Origin: Promethearchaeum syntrophicum
Lineage (GTDB): Archaea > Asgardarchaeota > Lokiarchaeia > Sigyniarchaeales > Promethearchaeaceae
Direction of reading: 5' to 3'
Length of the DNA: 32,000 nucleotides
NCBI RefSeq assembly: GCF_008000775.2
Contig: NZ_CP042905.2
Location: 1,770,001 to 1,802,000, forward strand
Each line of letters begins with the position of its first letter. Position 1 is the first letter of the stretch. The notes under the pieces are model-generated. The model worked only from the letters and a program-made list of their open reading frames with translations, made no database searches and had not been told where the DNA came from. The translations under genes were made by a program, and so were the position numbers. This document shows positions 7,990 to 16,128 of the stretch, piece by piece.

Positions 7990-10900
7990 ATGAAAAAAAA
8001 TACTAAAAAATCTAAAATTATAGGAATTTTAGCAATCTTACTTCTACCAAGCATATTGCAACTTATTTATATTGAAAGCTACCAGAAATTTACATCGAAT
8101 GAAATTAATGTGAATCTTCTCTTTGATACCGAGAGCGAAAATCATCTAGCGAATCCTCAAATACCTAAAACATCAGATTATCCTCCATATATTGATAATG
8201 ATACAATAGCTTTCTGTGATTTTAATGAAGGAGCAGTTGAATATTTTGGACTTAGTTCTCACTCTTATGCTGAACTAATTAATCCTGGAATTGAAGGTGA
8301 ACAGAGTATAATAATCCCATATAACAAACAACCTGTTAGTTATGGCATCTCATTTTCAAATGAAAATATTAATATTACTAATGGAACAATTGAATGTTAT
8401 TTCCGCCCCCTCTATATTCGTGAAAATAGTCTTCCATACAAAATTATGTTTATTGGTCAAAATCCTCTATGTGAAGTTTACCTTCAAGGGAATTCTGTAT
8501 TTGCCTGGCATACCGCTGAACGAAATGTTTCTATAAGCCCAACAATACAATCAAATACCACTCTACAACTGGATGTTACACATCATATTGCTTATAGTTT
8601 TGGAGAAATGGGGCAAAAATTATATCTTGATGGTAATCTTGTGGCAGAAAACAGTTTCACAGGAGGAATATGCAATGAGACACTTTCTTGGGGATTGGGT
8701 TCTAATAATCTAAGACCTAGTGCAATTGGAGTTTATGATATGTTTAAAATAAGTAACATTCAACGTGATTCATTTGATGATCGTCGTGCTTCCAATCCTT
8801 CCTTTTCAAGTCAAGATTTAAATCCTCGATTACCCTCGTATCATATCGATTCCGATACTTTTCTCTTTTGTGGATTTGAAACAGGCTATGGGATAGAAAC
8901 TCAGACAGATGTATTTTTAAATGATATTGATAGAGATAATTACGATGAAACTGGTAGTATTCCTCATGGTATCTGGGGGGATACAAGTTTCTTTATTGGA
9001 TATGATCTTCATGCACGATATCGGATAGGAAGCCCATATATATATTCAAATATGTCTAAGGGAACTATTGAGGTCGATTTTATGCCTTTTTATCTTGCGG
9101 ATGATGGACATGATTATAACATTCTTTTTATTGATTCCTCCGATACTACTCCATTTCAGTTATTTATAAGGGGAAATTATCTTTATGCTCAACATAAAAA
9201 TAATACTGGAACTGCAAGTCCGTTATTAATATCCAATGTTTCGCTAACCGTTGACACGTATTATCATCTAGCATATACTTTTGGACCTCTTGGGTCTAAA
9301 TTATATATAAATGATGATTTAGTTGCAGAAAGTAATTGTAATTTCGGAATCGGACTTCTTGATCAATGGATATGGGGCTTTGGTCATACCGAAGATATTT
9401 TCCCCGCTATTGGAGTCTATGATAATCTAAGGATTAGCTCAATACAGCGTTCTAATTTTACTGATGTCTTTAAAATTGATCCCGAATTTAGTCGTAGCAG
9501 TATCCATCAATATGTCCCCTCATATAATTATTTTGATAATAACACATTCTTGCTTTATGATTATGACACTGACCCAATTTCACTAAGATATGGTGCAAAT
9601 TCTATAGATAGTAGAGGCGAAATAATTACTTCTGGTATTATTGATGATCGCAGCTTCATGTTAAAGTACGATGAAAATGACAACAAAGCTCACACATTTC
9701 TGTATAGTGATTATATTAATTCAACAATGGATCAAGGCACTGTTGAATTCTATTTTCATCCTCTATATCTTGCAAATGATGGAAAGGAATATATTGTAAT
9801 GTTCATCACCAGTCTCGACCCTCCTGCCTGCTTAATAACAATTCGGGGGGAATATCTTTATGCTCAGCATTCTTATAATAATGGACAAAAGAGTCCTTTA
9901 CTTAAATCAAATATCAAACTTGAAATGGGTCAAACTTATCATATTGCTTACACATTCGGAGAAAATGGCTCTTTTTTATATATTAACGGCCAACTAGAAT
10001 CGAGTAGCGAATGCACATTTGGAATTGGAACCCCTTCCCATTGGCTTTGGGCTTTGGGTTATTGTTATTACATTCGTCTCCCTCCTGCTATAGGAATTTA
10101 TGATTTTTTCCGTATAAGCATGAATCAGAGAACGAATTTTTCTACCCGTCCCCCAATCAGCACAGTATTTAGCTCTGATGATCTTAATCCTAATCTACCC
10201 CCATTCCCTCCAGAACCGATGACACTACCAAATCCTGCTAATGGAATAATATCTCTTGATGGGAACGAATCGGTCGGGTATGCAATTTTATGCGGAATTA
10301 GAGATTACCCTGGTTTTTCAGCAGACTTGCTATATACTGAAAATGATATTAATGATTATAAATCATTTTTGCGCGGAAAATTGCATTTTCAGGATGAAAA
10401 TATACAGATTCTTCTTAATTCTCAAGGTACGATATCCAACATTAATCAGGCTTTTGCAGATGTAAAAAGTAAAATGGATGAAAACGATTATCTGTTCTTT
10501 ACTTTTAGCGGACATGGAAGTTCATCCACCGAAGTTCTTGGATTTCCATGGGCTCATACTTTTAATTATGCCGATTGGCAACCGTGGGACATGACTTGGG
10601 ATTACGAGGTAGAAGATGCCATTTACACGAGAGTCCATTTTACATCGATCAATCTCCAAGAAAATCAAGATTTCATTTATATTGGGGATTATAATAACCA
10701 AGATTTTTATTCTACAGTTATAACGGGGCAACATACAGATTATTGGTCTGATTGGGTGGAAGCATCTCATATCTATGTTAATCTTGTGTCCGATGGTCTG
10801 GGTGAAATTGAAGGATTAGTAATAGACAAAGTTGAATCTGTGTTTTATTGTCCTCCATTTTATTTTCATCCTTATGACGGTCTCGAAAATGGTTTTTCAG

Positions 10901-11766
10901 ATATAGAGTTCGAAAATCTATTGAAAGGAATTCCAGGGAAAGTTATTAGTATATTCGATTCATGTTTTAGTGGAGCCTTTTGTCGTGCTATGCAAGGTCC
11001 AAATCGGTTGCTTTTCGCTTCGTGTGGAGATCAACAATATGCACTGGAATCATCCAGTGTCCAAAATGGGATATTCACTTATGAGTTTTTAATGAGCTGG
11101 GATAGTTTATATCAAGAAAATATGGGAATACCACCAGCTTTTGAAAAAGTTTTTATTGATGCTAGTATCAATGTTAGGTCTCGTTCATCAGATCTTGGTT
11201 ATGAACAAAACCCATTGAAATTTGACTATATTTCAGGAGACGTGATTGTTTCTCCTTATGTTAATGTTAGTGAAATTTCTCTTAATAGTTCAGATTATAT
11301 TAATGTAGTTTATTCGTCTTATGGATTAGGTTTGGGTGAATTAAATCTTTCACTATATAACTTAGAAAATCAAGAATACATACCATACTCAATTTCTGAT
11401 ATATCCATTTATGATAATAAAATAAATTTCACAATTCCAATTTCTAATTTGGCTGATTATCAGTGTATAGCAATTAATGGGATTATTTATAGTGGAACTG
11501 AAATATTTACTGATTTTGAATATTATGGAGATTATTCTACTCTGTTCTCTGAAGGCGAAGATTCGGATGGGGATGGAATAAATGATTATGAAGAATTTTT
11601 GCAAGGTTCTGATCCTTGGGAAATTTCAGAAGACACAGAGGGAGGATCGAATAACTCCGAAATTTCAGGATATGGATTAAAGTTTTTTCTTATTGGGTCA
11701 TTTTTATCTATTATTAGGATTTTTAGATCAAATAGAAAAAAGACCAGATTGAATCGAGTTTCGTAG
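7990..11766 (+). CDS. Membrane-anchored extracytoplasmic protein: signal/anchor, 3x LamG (Laminin_G_3-like) modules, caspase-fold clan-CD peptidase domain (C13/C14-like) with a large insert, beta-rich region, TSP3-type Ca-binding repeat, C-terminal TM plus basic tail
   Basis: N-terminus MKKNTKKSKIIGILAILLLPSILQLIY. Three ~200-aa repeats carry GTIE.YF.P.Y / LYAQH / YH(I/L)AYTFG..G.KLY..G.LVAE / AIG(V/I)YD...IS..QR..F. GYAILCGIRDY, ENDINDYKSFL, DYLFFTFSGHGSS (His codon 10513-10515), KVISIFDSCFSGAF (Cys codon 10963-10965), LFASCGDQQYALE and NGIFTYEFL form the peptidase pattern. DSDGDGINDYEEFLQGSDPW is TSP3-like. C-terminus is GLKFFLIGSFLSIIRIFRSNRKKTRLNRVS. Confidence 0.85.
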   Translation: MKKNTKKSKIIGILAILLLPSILQLIYIESYQKFTSNEINVNLLFDTESENHLANPQIPKTSDYPPYIDNDTIAFCDFNEGAVEYFGLSSHSYAELINPGIEGEQSIIIPYNKQPVSYGISFSNENINITNGTIECYFRPLYIRENSLPYKIMFIGQNPLCEVYLQGNSVFAWHTAERNVSISPTIQSNTTLQLDVTHHIAYSFGEMGQKLYLDGNLVAENSFTGGICNETLSWGLGSNNLRPSAIGVYDMFKISNIQRDSFDDRRASNPSFSSQDLNPRLPSYHIDSDTFLFCGFETGYGIETQTDVFLNDIDRDNYDETGSIPHGIWGDTSFFIGYDLHARYRIGSPYIYSNMSKGTIEVDFMPFYLADDGHDYNILFIDSSDTTPFQLFIRGNYLYAQHKNNTGTASPLLISNVSLTVDTYYHLAYTFGPLGSKLYINDDLVAESNCNFGIGLLDQWIWGFGHTEDIFPAIGVYDNLRISSIQRSNFTDVFKIDPEFSRSSIHQYVPSYNYFDNNTFLLYDYDTDPISLRYGANSIDSRGEIITSGIIDDRSFMLKYDENDNKAHTFLYSDYINSTMDQGTVEFYFHPLYLANDGKEYIVMFITSLDPPACLITIRGEYLYAQHSYNNGQKSPLLKSNIKLEMGQTYHIAYTFGENGSFLYINGQLESSSECTFGIGTPSHWLWALGYCYYIRLPPAIGIYDFFRISMNQRTNFSTRPPISTVFSSDDLNPNLPPFPPEPMTLPNPANGIISLDGNESVGYAILCGIRDYPGFSADLLYTENDINDYKSFLRGKLHFQDENIQILLNSQGTISNINQAFADVKSKMDENDYLFFTFSGHGSSSTEVLGFPWAHTFNYADWQPWDMTWDYEVEDAIYTRVHFTSINLQENQDFIYIGDYNNQDFYSTVITGQHTDYWSDWVEASHIYVNLVSDGLGEIEGLVIDKVESVFYCPPFYFHPYDGLENGFSDIEFENLLKGIPGKVISIFDSCFSGAFCRAMQGPNRLLFASCGDQQYALESSSVQNGIFTYEFLMSWDSLYQENMGIPPAFEKVFIDASINVRSRSSDLGYEQNPLKFDYISGDVIVSPYVNVSEISLNSSDYINVVYSSYGLGLGELNLSLYNLENQEYIPYSISDISIYDNKINFTIPISNLADYQCIAINGIIYSGTEIFTDFEYYGDYSTLFSEGEDSDGDGINDYEEFLQGSDPWEISEDTEGGSNNSEISGYGLKFFLIGSFLSIIRIFRSNRKKTRLNRVS

Positions 11767-11784
11767 AAAGAAAGAAGCACGAGA

Positions 11785-11813
11785 TTTTTTTCTCTTTTTT
11801 TTTTTTGTTTTTT
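11785..11813 (+). terminator. Oligo-T terminator (T7, then T12, then more T runs) after the 1258-aa gene
   Basis: GATTTTTTTCTCTTTTTTTTTTTTGTTTTTT begins about 20 nt after stop codon 11764-11766. Confidence 0.55.
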
Positions 11814-11825
11814 GGTAAAATTTGG

Positions 11826-11836
11826 TTTTAAATAAA
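11826..11836 (+). promoter_or_regulatory. TATA-like element (TTTTAAATAAA) about 25 nt upstream of ATG 11856
   Basis: The spacing supports ATG 11856 rather than GTG 11841 as the start, and a leaderless mRNA. Confidence 0.4.
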
Positions 11837-11855
11837 CCTAGTGTATAATCGTTTT

Positions 11856-12908
11856 ATGGCAACCAAAACCGAGTTACTCCCTTGCGATATTATTCCCCCC
11901 AAAATCATCAAATATACCAAAAACCAGCGAATTACCCGCTTTTATACGTACATCCCCTATCCTGAGTGGTTCAAGGTCCAAATGAAACCGATCTTCGAAC
12001 ACCACCGCAAGGCAAACGAGGGATTTACTTTCATGATGGTAGATCCCAATCACAAGAATACTTCCATTGGATCCATCTACTGTGAATTAACCCCCAAGCA
12101 TATGAGCAAGGGAATGCAAATTCCGATTTTTGGGTGGTTACATGCCGAGAGCAAAGAAATTGCGGAACAACTCCTACTCCATGTAGAAAATTTTGTCAGA
12201 GATCGTGGATATCACGAGCTTCGTGGACCGTTGAATATGCCTAAAATGTTCGGGTGGGGGGCGCAAGCAGATTTTTATGACTGCCCAATGTATTGGGAAA
12301 CCCCCCATAACTCCCCCGAAATCCCCAAATGGATTGAAGAATGCGGGTATACGCCCGACACCGAATATATCACCCTCGGACTGACGAATCTTTTAGAAGT
12401 CGACAATCCCTATCCTGAACTGGACATTATTTCCTACCCGATTGCTGAGCTCTTTGCAAATCAGGAACTGATGGCAAAATTGTACCGCCTTATTGAACGG
12501 AATTTCAGCGGATTTTTACCCGATGTGTCCACCGATAAGGAAAGATTCGAGGAGATGGGCAAATTATTGAGAGAAACGGGGCATGGAGAGGATTTCTACA
12601 TTCTGGCGATTAAGAAAGACACCCAAGATTTGGTCGCATTTATCGTGGAAGTCCCCAACATTTTTGAGCAGTGGGCGGGCAACCCGTTAAAAACTATTGT
12701 GGTTGATACGGTGATTGTAGATGAACACTATCGGGGAGCCTATTTCTTTTTCTTTCTCTTTAACGAAATTTACACGAAATTAGCCCCGAAAGGCGTGGAT
12801 GGAGTGGTAAGTGGACTTATCTGGGCAAAAAATATCCCCGCCATGAAAACATTTAGCAAAATCGGAAAAAAGATTCAAAACACCATAGTGTTTCAGAAAT
12901 CTTTTTAG
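11856..12908 (+). CDS. GNAT-fold N-acetyltransferase family protein (uncharacterised ~350-aa subfamily)
   Basis: ELRGPLNMPKMFGWGAQADFYDCPMYWETPHNSPEIPKWIEECGY resembles the conserved (L/M)RGP.N core of an uncharacterised GNAT subfamily. C-terminal VVDTVIVDEHYRGAYFFFFLFNEIY resembles the acetyl-CoA-binding motif A region. No signal peptide or TM. Confidence 0.6.
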   Translation: MATKTELLPCDIIPPKIIKYTKNQRITRFYTYIPYPEWFKVQMKPIFEHHRKANEGFTFMMVDPNHKNTSIGSIYCELTPKHMSKGMQIPIFGWLHAESKEIAEQLLLHVENFVRDRGYHELRGPLNMPKMFGWGAQADFYDCPMYWETPHNSPEIPKWIEECGYTPDTEYITLGLTNLLEVDNPYPELDIISYPIAELFANQELMAKLYRLIERNFSGFLPDVSTDKERFEEMGKLLRETGHGEDFYILAIKKDTQDLVAFIVEVPNIFEQWAGNPLKTIVVDTVIVDEHYRGAYFFFFLFNEIYTKLAPKGVDGVVSGLIWAKNIPAMKTFSKIGKKIQNTIVFQKSF

Positions 12909-13031
12909 ATTTTTTAAAAAAAATATGGCCTAATGAATTGATTAGAATTTAGCTTTAATTAGGTGTGGTAAAAAGTATAGTAAAAAAATTGAAAAAAAAA
13001 TATTATAGAAACAAAATTCCATAATTTCACC

Positions 13032-14576
13032 TTAGTTTTCATAAACAAACTGAAAATAATCAAAATAATTATATGTTGGACCATTATTTTTTTCCAAAGA
13101 TGAAGTAGGCCCGGGCCATATCTCAAATCGACTTAATCCGACTTCCATTCTCATAAAATATTTAAAAGTGTCACCATTTTGAGCATCTGACGTTAGAGAA
13201 TTAAACTGATGAAGCAAATCTACGCACATTTTAATGCCATATATCTCTCTTTTTTCGAATAAAGCTGTAGTGTCAGAGAAATCATATTTTATTGCAGAAC
13301 AAGTTCCTAAATCTTCAAATGAAAGTGTATCCGATTCACTATCTGGAACAAATTTTGAAAGAATATCTGATGTGGTAATAATCCAACTCATAGGGGTAGA
13401 AAGTTTACTTAGAACTCCTTTTAGAAGTATAAACGAGGCTCTTTGTGAACTTGTTGGCTCATCATTTTCTATTGAGAATTTTGGATTAGGCTCTCCAGAT
13501 AAAGTTTGACAAATTTGTTCAAATGATAGAAATTCATCATCATTTTTAAGAACTGAAATATATAAACCTAGAGAATCAATTACATTATAACTATCATGAT
13601 CATCAGTGTCCAAATCCTTATCATCATTTATTTCAACAGCCAAATCCACAAATATGTTTCCAGTTTCATGTATTATTTTTCCTTCTTCTGAAAAATCTGC
13701 ATCTGAAAAACCTACTTGAAATCCTCCTAATAGATCATCCTCACCCCACCAAGTAGGTATTTCACTGAAGACTATGGGGTCTGTAAAAAATTTTCCTTGA
13801 ATTTCTGGATCATCAGTATGATAAAATGATTGAGATGGTTCTGTTGGAAAACCTTGTGGAAGAAAATCATTTGGATCTAAATTTTGTAAACCATATGCAA
13901 TTTCTAAAAGATCATTTACACCATCACCATCAGAATCTTGACTTTTTGGATTCATATTATGTTCAAGTTCATATTTATCCCACAATAAATCCGCATCAGA
14001 ATCAGGATTCCAGAAATAGGTATGATATGTATAATATTCTTCATAATCGGTTAAACCATCATCGTCAGTATCCACTTTATCAACCCTGCTTCCTATTTGC
14101 TCTTCTTGGTGATCCCAAAGCCCATCCCCATCAGTATCGGTATCTTGGTTTACTTGAATACCTGCATATTTATTTACTGTATCTGGACTATTATCACTAA
14201 CTACAATTTCTATCATATGAAGCCCAATGTATAATGGATGAAAGGTATGAGTGATTTTCCCCCCGCTTTGCCAACTGCCAGAACCAATTTTATATACCAA
14301 TTCATCAAGTTGAAGAAAATTACGGTGATCATGAATAACATAGCCACTAGGATCATAATCGGAATCAGTTACAGCAAGCCATTCTAATCTGGGAGTTTCC
14401 CAATGCCAAATTGTTGATGGTCCAATCATCTCTCCTACTTCTAATGGATCGTCCGTTGGTGGAGGCGGGAGTATAATCATTCCTAAAACCTCCTTAAAAC
14501 CAAAGGATTGGATCATTAAAACTCCCATAAATGCGATTATTATATATTTTAGTTTTTTTTTCATTTTTTGTGTCAC
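13032..14576 (-). CDS. Secreted protein: signal peptide, Ig-like domain, four TSP3/dockerin-like Ca-binding repeats, ~275-aa C-terminal domain of unknown function
   Basis: N-terminus MTQKMKKKLKYIIIAFMGVLMIQSFG. Repeats are DTDTDGDGLWDHQEE, DTDDDGLTDYEEY, DSDADLLWDKYE and DSDGDGVNDLLE. There is no C-terminal anchor. Confidence 0.75.
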   Translation of the reverse strand: MTQKMKKKLKYIIIAFMGVLMIQSFGFKEVLGMIILPPPPTDDPLEVGEMIGPSTIWHWETPRLEWLAVTDSDYDPSGYVIHDHRNFLQLDELVYKIGSGSWQSGGKITHTFHPLYIGLHMIEIVVSDNSPDTVNKYAGIQVNQDTDTDGDGLWDHQEEQIGSRVDKVDTDDDGLTDYEEYYTYHTYFWNPDSDADLLWDKYELEHNMNPKSQDSDGDGVNDLLEIAYGLQNLDPNDFLPQGFPTEPSQSFYHTDDPEIQGKFFTDPIVFSEIPTWWGEDDLLGGFQVGFSDADFSEEGKIIHETGNIFVDLAVEINDDKDLDTDDHDSYNVIDSLGLYISVLKNDDEFLSFEQICQTLSGEPNPKFSIENDEPTSSQRASFILLKGVLSKLSTPMSWIITTSDILSKFVPDSESDTLSFEDLGTCSAIKYDFSDTTALFEKREIYGIKMCVDLLHQFNSLTSDAQNGDTFKYFMRMEVGLSRFEIWPGPTSSLEKNNGPTYNYFDYFQFVYEN

Positions 14577-14736
14577 TACTTTTTCTGCCTTTTAATGAAA
14601 TCTTTTGCCATCTACATTGTTAGAATATTAGAAATAAGTTTTTTTCTACACAAATATCTTTTCATCATCAAAAGTGCATTCTAAATATGATAACAAATAT
14701 ATAAAAAACTTTGGTAAAAGACTTTTTCAAGAATTT

Positions 14737-14749
14737 GTTTTTTATATAT
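14737..14749 (+). promoter_or_regulatory. TATA-like element (TTTTTTATATATG region) about 26 nt upstream of ATG 14770
   Basis: The spacing supports ATG 14770 (MASVAKLETPKK...) rather than GTG 14674 as the start. Confidence 0.4.
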
Positions 14750-14769
14750 GTTCCCAACATAACCCCTTC

Positions 14770-16092
14770 ATGGCCTCTGTAGCTAAGCTAGAAACACCAA
14801 AAAAACCCCATAGAAAATCGCTCCCCAAAATGTGCAACTCGGTGGATGAATTCTATGCCCTCTACGACGAAGATGGATTTATGGTTGGAGATTCCGACCG
14901 CCATCGGGCATATCACGTAAAAATAATCCGCCCCACAACCATGCACCATGCAAATATTGTAGTTTCCCTGTATAAAGAAATCTATCAAGGGACATATCCG
15001 TACTTGGAAATGCTCGATCCGACCTATGTAAAAGAATCCTTTGCCGATCCGAAGTGTTATTGGGGGATTTTCAGAATCGAACAAGGCTCTCCTGAAGCGG
15101 GCACCGACGTTGGCTGTTTTACCATCGTAAATGATTTTAACACCTGCACTGCCTATTTCCGAGGGCTCAATGTTCTCCCCCAATTTCATAAAAAGGTCGG
15201 GGTTCGGGAACTTGCCACCTCCATGTGTGTCCATTTTCTGAACGCAACCATGGGACGAATCGATAAATGGTATATCGAAGCGCGAACCGCCCACAATAAA
15301 GTGCAATATATTTCACGGTTAGCAGGCTGTAAGACTCAGGCCCTATTACTTAATAAAGATTATTTTCTGGGGAAAAAAGAAAGTGATTGTTTACAGGTCG
15401 CTTATTGGGATCATGCCCTTGAATCCAGAAGAGTAATTCCGAAATCTATTCTCCCCGAAATATTGCCCTTTTATTATCGCGCCCAACAGATGCACAATCT
15501 CCCCCATATGAAACGACTCGAAATGACTCCGATTAAATTTGAAACTGAAGATCTCGATTATCATGAAACTTTTCGCATACTCACCAAGGTGAAACTATCG
15601 GCGACGAGGGATAAATACGGGTACGTGTCGCTCTCTATCAAGGATCCTCACACGGGAAGTTTTCTAACGGCCCTTCATACCGAGTCCGTGAAAAATATCG
15701 AAAAAATCAAATATCACTGTACGGATGTATCGGTGCTAGCAGGATTTTATTTGTTGCTCAAAAATTATTCGCTGAGGCAAAAAGTGGAATATGTGGAATG
15801 GCAAGTCCCTGTGTCGGATGTTGTGGCGTGTAAATTTTTATTCGGGCAAAATTTCACTATCATGGGTTATATTCCCGCGTGGATTCCCAGTTGGGAGCGA
15901 GTTTTGATGTTTGAGGATGCGGTGGTGTTAACCTGGACATCCGGGGATTCGGAGATTGAGAATATTAAATTACTTCCCGAAGGAGAAGATCTGCTCAATT
16001 TAATCTCTATGAATCATGATATTTCCCAAAATCCGTTAATATTACCCGAAATTGAGCAGATAATCACCCCAACCCAGATTGAAATTATCTGA
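14770..16092 (+). CDS. Cytosolic protein with an N-terminal GNAT-like acetyltransferase fold and a second, diverged C-terminal half
   Basis: VGCFTIVNDFNTCTAYFRGLNVLPQFHKKVGVRELATSMCVHFLN resembles the GNAT beta4-alpha3 motif A region. The EIYQGTYPY motif lies N-terminal. No signal or TM. The function call is tentative. Confidence 0.45.
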   Translation: MASVAKLETPKKPHRKSLPKMCNSVDEFYALYDEDGFMVGDSDRHRAYHVKIIRPTTMHHANIVVSLYKEIYQGTYPYLEMLDPTYVKESFADPKCYWGIFRIEQGSPEAGTDVGCFTIVNDFNTCTAYFRGLNVLPQFHKKVGVRELATSMCVHFLNATMGRIDKWYIEARTAHNKVQYISRLAGCKTQALLLNKDYFLGKKESDCLQVAYWDHALESRRVIPKSILPEILPFYYRAQQMHNLPHMKRLEMTPIKFETEDLDYHETFRILTKVKLSATRDKYGYVSLSIKDPHTGSFLTALHTESVKNIEKIKYHCTDVSVLAGFYLLLKNYSLRQKVEYVEWQVPVSDVVACKFLFGQNFTIMGYIPAWIPSWERVLMFEDAVVLTWTSGDSEIENIKLLPEGEDLLNLISMNHDISQNPLILPEIEQIITPTQIEII

Positions 16093-16128
16093 TTTTTTTT
16101 TTTTTAATCCTTTGCTTCATTTTTTTTT
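16093..16128 (+). terminator. Oligo-T terminator (T13 directly after the stop, second T9 run 16120-16128)
   Basis: Stop TGA 16090-16092 is followed immediately by T13. Confidence 0.55.

Noticed and set aside
13234-14200. Plus-strand ORFs 13234..13509 and 13826..14200
   Set aside because: They are antisense to the secreted TSP3-repeat protein. The His/Gln/Leu-rich sequence is the mirror image of Asp-rich repeats.
14788-15306. 172-aa minus-strand ORF inside the 14770-16092 gene
   Set aside because: It is an antisense shadow ORF of a G/C3-rich gene, with no start context or motif. The sense frame is longer and has a TATA box at the right spacing.
1-16092. Diversity-generating retroelement or phase-variation system acting on the surface proteins
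   Set aside because: No reverse transcriptase, invertase or recombinase ORF is present. I found no template/variable repeat pair with adenine-specific differences and no inverted repeats flanking promoters.
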